The notes under the pieces: model-generated
Database searches by the model: none
Seen by the model: the letters and a program-made list of their open reading frames with translations, nothing else
Told to the model about the DNA's origin: nothing
Made by a program: the position numbers and the translations under genes
Source: Actinomycetota bacterium
GTDB taxonomy: Bacteria; Actinomycetota; Geothermincolia; Fen-727; JAQURN01
Assembly: GCA_028715585.1 (NCBI GenBank)
Contig: JAQURN010000001.1
Coordinates: 1 to 31,309, forward strand
DNA length: 31,309 nucleotides
Reading direction: 5' to 3'
Shown here: positions 27,310 to 31,309 of the stretch, one piece after another
Layout: every line of letters begins with the position of its first letter
Numbering within the stretch: the stretch's first letter is position 1

Positions 27310-28374
27310 CTACATTCTCCACCTGTTGTACTCGCAAATGCCAACAACATTGGGAACTTGGATGTGGTCCCCATCAACTCCTGGAATCCTGCCCTCGAAT
27401 TTTCCGTAGAGCTGATGAAACTCAGACGCGACCACGCCCAAATTTAACTTTTTTGCGTGCTCCCCCATCGGGCTGAAGGTAAGATCTAGTTCGCCATCAG
27501 TAGAGCGAATCTTCCAGGTCGAGAACAGGTTTTCAGGGTCGATTTCGAACCTGACAGCAGGCATCAGTCCTATCTTTCCGTCGACCCACACACAATTCTC
27601 GTTGAATTCTTCATCATTTCGTATCAAGTTCTCGCAAGCGTTCATGGCAATGAGTTTGCCACTGTCATCGTAAAAGCCGAAGGTAGCCCAGTTCCAAAAA
27701 GTGTGGTAAGGATAATAGCCCTTGTGAACATCAATTAGGCAGACTGTTTTATCTGCTTCTAGTATTATGTCATCCATTCCGGGAATACTTACCCTGCCCT
27801 CACAAGGGCAAGCCGCTTTGTGGGTATATAAAGGTCTGTTTTCGCCAAGTGGACTTACTAGCACCAGGGGCTGAATCTTCTTTAAATCTTCCTGCACCAG
27901 AAACTCAGCGGATACATATCCCCTTTCTCTTGGCGACAAAACCCGAGCCGTCAGGCGATGAAAACCTTTCGAAAGGCGATTATCAAACTCCATGAAATAA
28001 CCAGGATGGCTGAAGTAACACTCCCCATGAAATAACTCCCTCGACAAGACTCGGTATGCAAAGAGGGGGTTGCGGCTGAAATCAAAAAGCTTTCCCCTAG
28101 AAAGATCAATTCCGTAAAAAAAGGACATCGAGGAAAACTTAGCATCGAATATAATCATCCCGAAATAATACTTTTCCCCAATGATTCCAAAATGCTGCCA
28201 CTCCTTCAACCGAAAGTTCTTCAGCCTCCACGGAAGCTTCAAGTCAAAAACCTTGAGGTCGGTGTCCAATATGTTCAACTCGTTAAACGGATGGGTCATG
28301 ACTCCAAATTGGGTTACCCTTCCATCTTCCACTAATCTATCGGGCGTAGCCTTCAATGTACGGTTCACCTGCAA
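27310..28374 (-). CDS. DUF2804-like protein of unknown function
   Basis: RLKEWQHF, LYTHK, DVHKGYYPYHTFWNWA, NENCVWVDG, FHQLYGKFEG motifs recalled for DUF2804; TTG start with SD AAAGGAGG. Confidence 0.7.
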   Translation of the reverse strand: MQVNRTLKATPDRLVEDGRVTQFGVMTHPFNELNILDTDLKVFDLKLPWRLKNFRLKEWQHFGIIGEKYYFGMIIFDAKFSSMSFFYGIDLSRGKLFDFSRNPLFAYRVLSRELFHGECYFSHPGYFMEFDNRLSKGFHRLTARVLSPRERGYVSAEFLVQEDLKKIQPLVLVSPLGENRPLYTHKAACPCEGRVSIPGMDDIILEADKTVCLIDVHKGYYPYHTFWNWATFGFYDDSGKLIAMNACENLIRNDEEFNENCVWVDGKIGLMPAVRFEIDPENLFSTWKIRSTDGELDLTFSPMGEHAKKLNLGVVASEFHQLYGKFEGRIPGVDGDHIQVPNVVGICEYNRWRM

Positions 28375-28453
28375 TTTGAAACCCTCCTTTCATCCAGAAC
28401 GGCAAAGCCATAAGGCTTGAAAAAAGAAAAGGGAAACCTAGAACGCCGACGCA

Positions 28454-30778
28454 CTAGCGAGTAAGAGCCCTGCGCGCGGCGTTTCTTATCAACAAACTTT
28501 CACACTTGAGAAGTTTTTTCAATGCCTTTTCCACTTCTTCTCCGCCTATCTTCCCAAGCGCCTCAGCCGCGACAGCGCGGATTTCCTCGGGAGAATCCCG
28601 ATATGGTTTTTCCCCCAAGGCAATCCGAGCGAGGATAGGAACAGCTTCCCTCACGCCAAGCTTTCCAAGCGAGTAACATGCTGCCATCATTACTCCCTTT
28701 TCCTCGGGAAGCTCGCCCTTCTTCTTCGGTGAAATTATCTCCATGAGCCTCTTAACCGCAAAGTAATCCCTAAAATTACCGAGCTCGCGAACCGCCACGG
28801 CTTTCAATTTTGGATCCAGCCCCCCGCTTTCGGCCAATAAGCTCTGAAGCGCTTGTTTCCCCCCCAGATTTCCAAGCGCCTCTATGACGGCTTCACGAAT
28901 ATCAGGGTCTTCTTCCACAAGAAGAGGATTCAGAACCGAGACAGATGTCTCGTCGCCAACCATGCCCAGGAGCTTAACCAGGTTTACGGTCTGATAGGGC
29001 TCGAGCTCCTGAGCCATAGCTCTAGCAATTTGGGGAACCGGATCGGATTTCATTTCCTTGAGTGACGCGGCGACGGAATCGAGGGTTTCCTCATCGGTAG
29101 CGTTTGTTGCCGTCTCGATAAGAGCAGGAATCCCTTTGTCTTCCATCTCTAGAAGAACGCGCGCGACAGCCTTTTGCGCTTCCTCATCGCCAGCCGAAAA
29201 AACAGCTTGAACCACCTTTCCCGCATCGGATGACATAAGTTTGCTCACCAAGCTAGGGGAGACGCCCAAGGCATCTGCCGAGGGGCCGCTTAATTCCTCG
29301 ACTTTTTCTGAAAGTGTTTCCAAGGTTCTTTCGGCAGTTTTGGTCTCATCCATAACTTGTGAAACTTCATCTATAAAATCCGCTATGGTGGCTTCCTTGC
29401 CAATTTCTCGCATTCGTTGAAAAAAAGACCAGATTTGCTCAGCGGCAACCTGCTTGGATTCAGGCCCCTGGACGCGAAATCTACCCATAACTTTTTCCAT
29501 CACCTTTGAGCCGAGCTCGTCATTTCCATTCTCGAACAGTCGCCTTACGGCGCCAACGAGCGCGGGGCCCGAGAAGTTGTCACACACATCCATGCTGGCA
29601 CCGGATGCAAGCTTTTTAGCAAGTTCCCCACCCGATATTTCTGCCTCTCTCTCGGGGGTCTCTCCGACGATTGCAAGAGCTTCCCCAAAGCCAGAGACCT
29701 CTCCCCCAGACCCACCTTGAGCTCCGGAAGCAGCTTCCTCTATGAGTGACTGCAAAGCTAACATTCTCTTTGTTGGCCAGTCTCCGCCTCCCCTGGTTTC
29801 CTTTATTCCTTTGTATTCACCAACGAGAGATTCCATGAGCCCAGAAAGTTTCTCGTCGCTCATGGCGGGCAAAAGCAATTTTGCAAGCCTATCTCCCATT
29901 TCCACATCGCCAGACTTAAGAAGTATCTCGGAAAGCTCAGGGGTCTCCATCTGGGAGGCAATTTTTCCAATCTCCCGGTTCAGTTTCGCTGCAAGCAGGG
30001 GGTCTTCCACGTTCTCGATGAGCTCGGAAACGCGTTCCAAAATCGCCCTCGTCTCCTCCACCCGGTATGGGAGCACTTCCACACCTGAATCCCACCCCTT
30101 GGCAGAAACAACAGACTGCAACATGGAAGCCATTTTTTCGGGGTCGGATGTAAGATCTTTGATAGTTTCCTCTCCTACTTCCCCCAAGGAAATCTCCCCC
30201 GCGAGAAATCTGGTAAATACCTCATCCTTTAGAGCTTTGAGGCTAACATCCTCTTCGCGCTCGACTGCCGCGGCTGCCGAGACTACCTTTTCCCTCTTGG
30301 AAATTGCCACATATATTTGCTCGTCCACCTCAACATGCTTTATGTCCTTCTCCTCAAAAAGGCTATCCAGGCCTGTGCTCTCCTCGGCCCCAAGGGTAGG
30401 TGCCTTGGTTCCCAGTATCGCCAGGAATTCCCTGAGCTCTCCCTCCTCCAACCCGCTCCAGAAAGTAACGCTGGAAATTTTTCTATTCTTCATGAGCTCC
30501 TGGAACTTTTTTGTGATTCCTTTCTTCTGAATGAAATCATCAGCCACCTCTCCATTTATCACCAGCTTGTCCTCCATGAAACTCAAATCCAGGGCTCCAC
30601 CCTCTGGTATCATGGACATGAGGGACTGATAGACGTTTTCGACCGCTCTTTTAACGGTCGGGCTCTCGGGAGGGTAAAGTAAAACGGTTCGGCAACCCGT
30701 ATAGAGATACTGGATTAGGTCGAGCACATCGGAAGAAATTTCCTCAAGTAATTTTCGCGAAATCTCCTCATCCGCCAA
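28454..30778 (-). CDS. HEAT/PBS-lyase repeat domain protein with an N-terminal helical domain
   Basis: C-terminal repeats IREAVIEALGNLGG, LKAVAVRELGNF, ACYSLGKLG, IRAVAAEALGKIGG, LIRNAARRAL; N-terminal LYPPESPTVKRAVE...DKLVINGE; TTG start with SD GAGGTGA. Confidence 0.8.
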   Translation of the reverse strand: MADEEISRKLLEEISSDVLDLIQYLYTGCRTVLLYPPESPTVKRAVENVYQSLMSMIPEGGALDLSFMEDKLVINGEVADDFIQKKGITKKFQELMKNRKISSVTFWSGLEEGELREFLAILGTKAPTLGAEESTGLDSLFEEKDIKHVEVDEQIYVAISKREKVVSAAAAVEREEDVSLKALKDEVFTRFLAGEISLGEVGEETIKDLTSDPEKMASMLQSVVSAKGWDSGVEVLPYRVEETRAILERVSELIENVEDPLLAAKLNREIGKIASQMETPELSEILLKSGDVEMGDRLAKLLLPAMSDEKLSGLMESLVGEYKGIKETRGGGDWPTKRMLALQSLIEEAASGAQGGSGGEVSGFGEALAIVGETPEREAEISGGELAKKLASGASMDVCDNFSGPALVGAVRRLFENGNDELGSKVMEKVMGRFRVQGPESKQVAAEQIWSFFQRMREIGKEATIADFIDEVSQVMDETKTAERTLETLSEKVEELSGPSADALGVSPSLVSKLMSSDAGKVVQAVFSAGDEEAQKAVARVLLEMEDKGIPALIETATNATDEETLDSVAASLKEMKSDPVPQIARAMAQELEPYQTVNLVKLLGMVGDETSVSVLNPLLVEEDPDIREAVIEALGNLGGKQALQSLLAESGGLDPKLKAVAVRELGNFRDYFAVKRLMEIISPKKKGELPEEKGVMMAACYSLGKLGVREAVPILARIALGEKPYRDSPEEIRAVAAEALGKIGGEEVEKALKKLLKCESLLIRNAARRALTR

Positions 30779-30850
30779 CTAGGTCACCTCGCAAAATCTT
30801 CAAGCCTAGGCTCTGCCACAAAAGCCAAAAATAAGCTATATCTTGGAATT

Positions 30851-30881
30851 ATTATACCTCACACAACCACTCCTCTGCCAA
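30851..30881 (-). promoter_or_regulatory. Putative promoter of the HEAT-repeat gene
   Basis: Perfect TATAAT (30856-30851) on the minus strand with TTGGCA 19 nt upstream; the spacing is non-ideal. Confidence 0.35.
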
Positions 30882-30950
30882 GTAAACAAACAACCTGTGT
30901 CAACGTGAGTGAGACAACTGCCACCCAGTAGTTTAGTGTCCAATTGAGGG

Positions 30951-31309
30951 TGGGTTCGAATCCCACGGAAAGTGGGGAAAAAGAAAATGGTGGAGCTGGC
31001 GGAGTACGAACCGTCGCTCGCGGGAAACCGATGAACACTTATCTTTGGGCAGATGCACTACGCCCGCTCGCTCTTCCAGGGGGGACTCGCGTCCCCCCTA
31101 GGACGGTCGCTTACGCGACCTCTACCCCCCTAAGTTAGATTGCTGGGGGGAATACTCCCCCCGCAAGAAAAACAAGCCCCCCTGGGTTCGAATCCCACGG
31201 AAAGTGGGGAAAAAGAAAATGGTGGAGCTGGCGGAGTACGAACCGTCGCTCGCGGGAAACCGATGAACACTTATCTTTGGGCAGATGCACTACGCCCGCT
31301 CGCTCTTCC
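30951..31309. repeat. Direct tandem repeat with 232-bp period: copy 1 at 30951-31182, copy 2 at 31183-31309 (127 bp, truncated by the window end)
   Basis: 30951-31077 is identical by eye to 31183-31309, starting TGGGTTCGAATCCCACGGAAAGTGGGG and ending CGCTCGCTCTTCC. Confidence 0.95.
30988..31012 (-). other. Degenerate tmRNA/tRNA-Ala 3'-end fragment (att-like), repeated at 31220-31244
   Basis: The minus strand reads GGTTCGTACTCCGCCAGCTCCACCA, close to the typical ssrA 3' end GGTTCRAYTCCCGCCAGCTCCACCA. The T-stem pairing is broken. Confidence 0.6.

Noticed and set aside
233-30682. Numerous short ORFs antisense or out of frame to the main genes (e.g. 1935-2489, 11402-12043, 18657-19418, 29742-30530)
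   Set aside because: They are shadow ORFs overlapping well-supported genes, with Ser/Pro/Phe-rich composition and no motifs.
30914-30945. AACTGCCACCCAGTAGTTTAGTGTCCAA resembling an IS terminal repeat
   Set aside because: The resemblance is only vague, with no partner inverted repeat, target duplication or transposase in the window.
30902-30975. Complete tRNA gene ending at the perfect T-arm GTGGG-TTCGAAT-CCCAC
   Set aside because: No acceptor-stem pairing, D-arm, anticodon arm or CCA can be built around it.
30944-31138. 64-aa ORF inside the repeat
   Set aside because: It lies entirely in the hairpin-rich repeat, has no SD and no recognisable motif, and is probably spurious.
30951-31309. 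CRISPR array or full tmRNA gene
   Set aside because: The long identical unit has no unique spacers and there are no cas genes. It lacks the tmRNA 5' consensus and tag frame, has a broken T-stem and is too short.

Overview
This is a gene-dense bacterial window of roughly 50% GC with two blocks. The left block (1-12.6 kb) is a conserved housekeeping cluster: HIT protein (partial), mtaB, dnaJ, hrcA with a CIRCE operator, lepA with an apparent CTG start, rpsT, holA, comEC, comEA and leuS. The hrcA-dnaJ pairing without dnaK/grpE and the comEA-comEC-holA-rpsT-lepA order suggest an anaerobic Actinomycetota-type or other monoderm genome (inference only). The right block (12.7-28.4 kb) is an accessory catabolic island: TetR regulator, geranylgeranyl-reductase-like flavoprotein, phytoene-desaturase-like flavoprotein, long-chain acyl-CoA ligase, GH51 glycosidase, tandem split-barrel (PNPOx-like) protein, glycyl-radical activating enzyme, glycyl radical enzyme with an eliminase-type GCLE motif, class III PLP enzyme, DUF6206-like protein showing protein-kinase-like motifs, CCG Fe-S protein and DUF2804-like protein. 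I cannot match this combination to a characterised pathway; it is the best candidate for a novel system, possibly anaerobic breakdown of a glycosylated or aminated lipid. A HEAT-repeat gene follows. The window ends in a 232-bp-period direct repeat carrying a degenerate tmRNA/tRNA-Ala 3' end, a T-arm and several strong hairpins. The second copy is cut at exactly 127 bp, so copy number is unresolved. All product calls come from motif recognition by eye; no database search was run.
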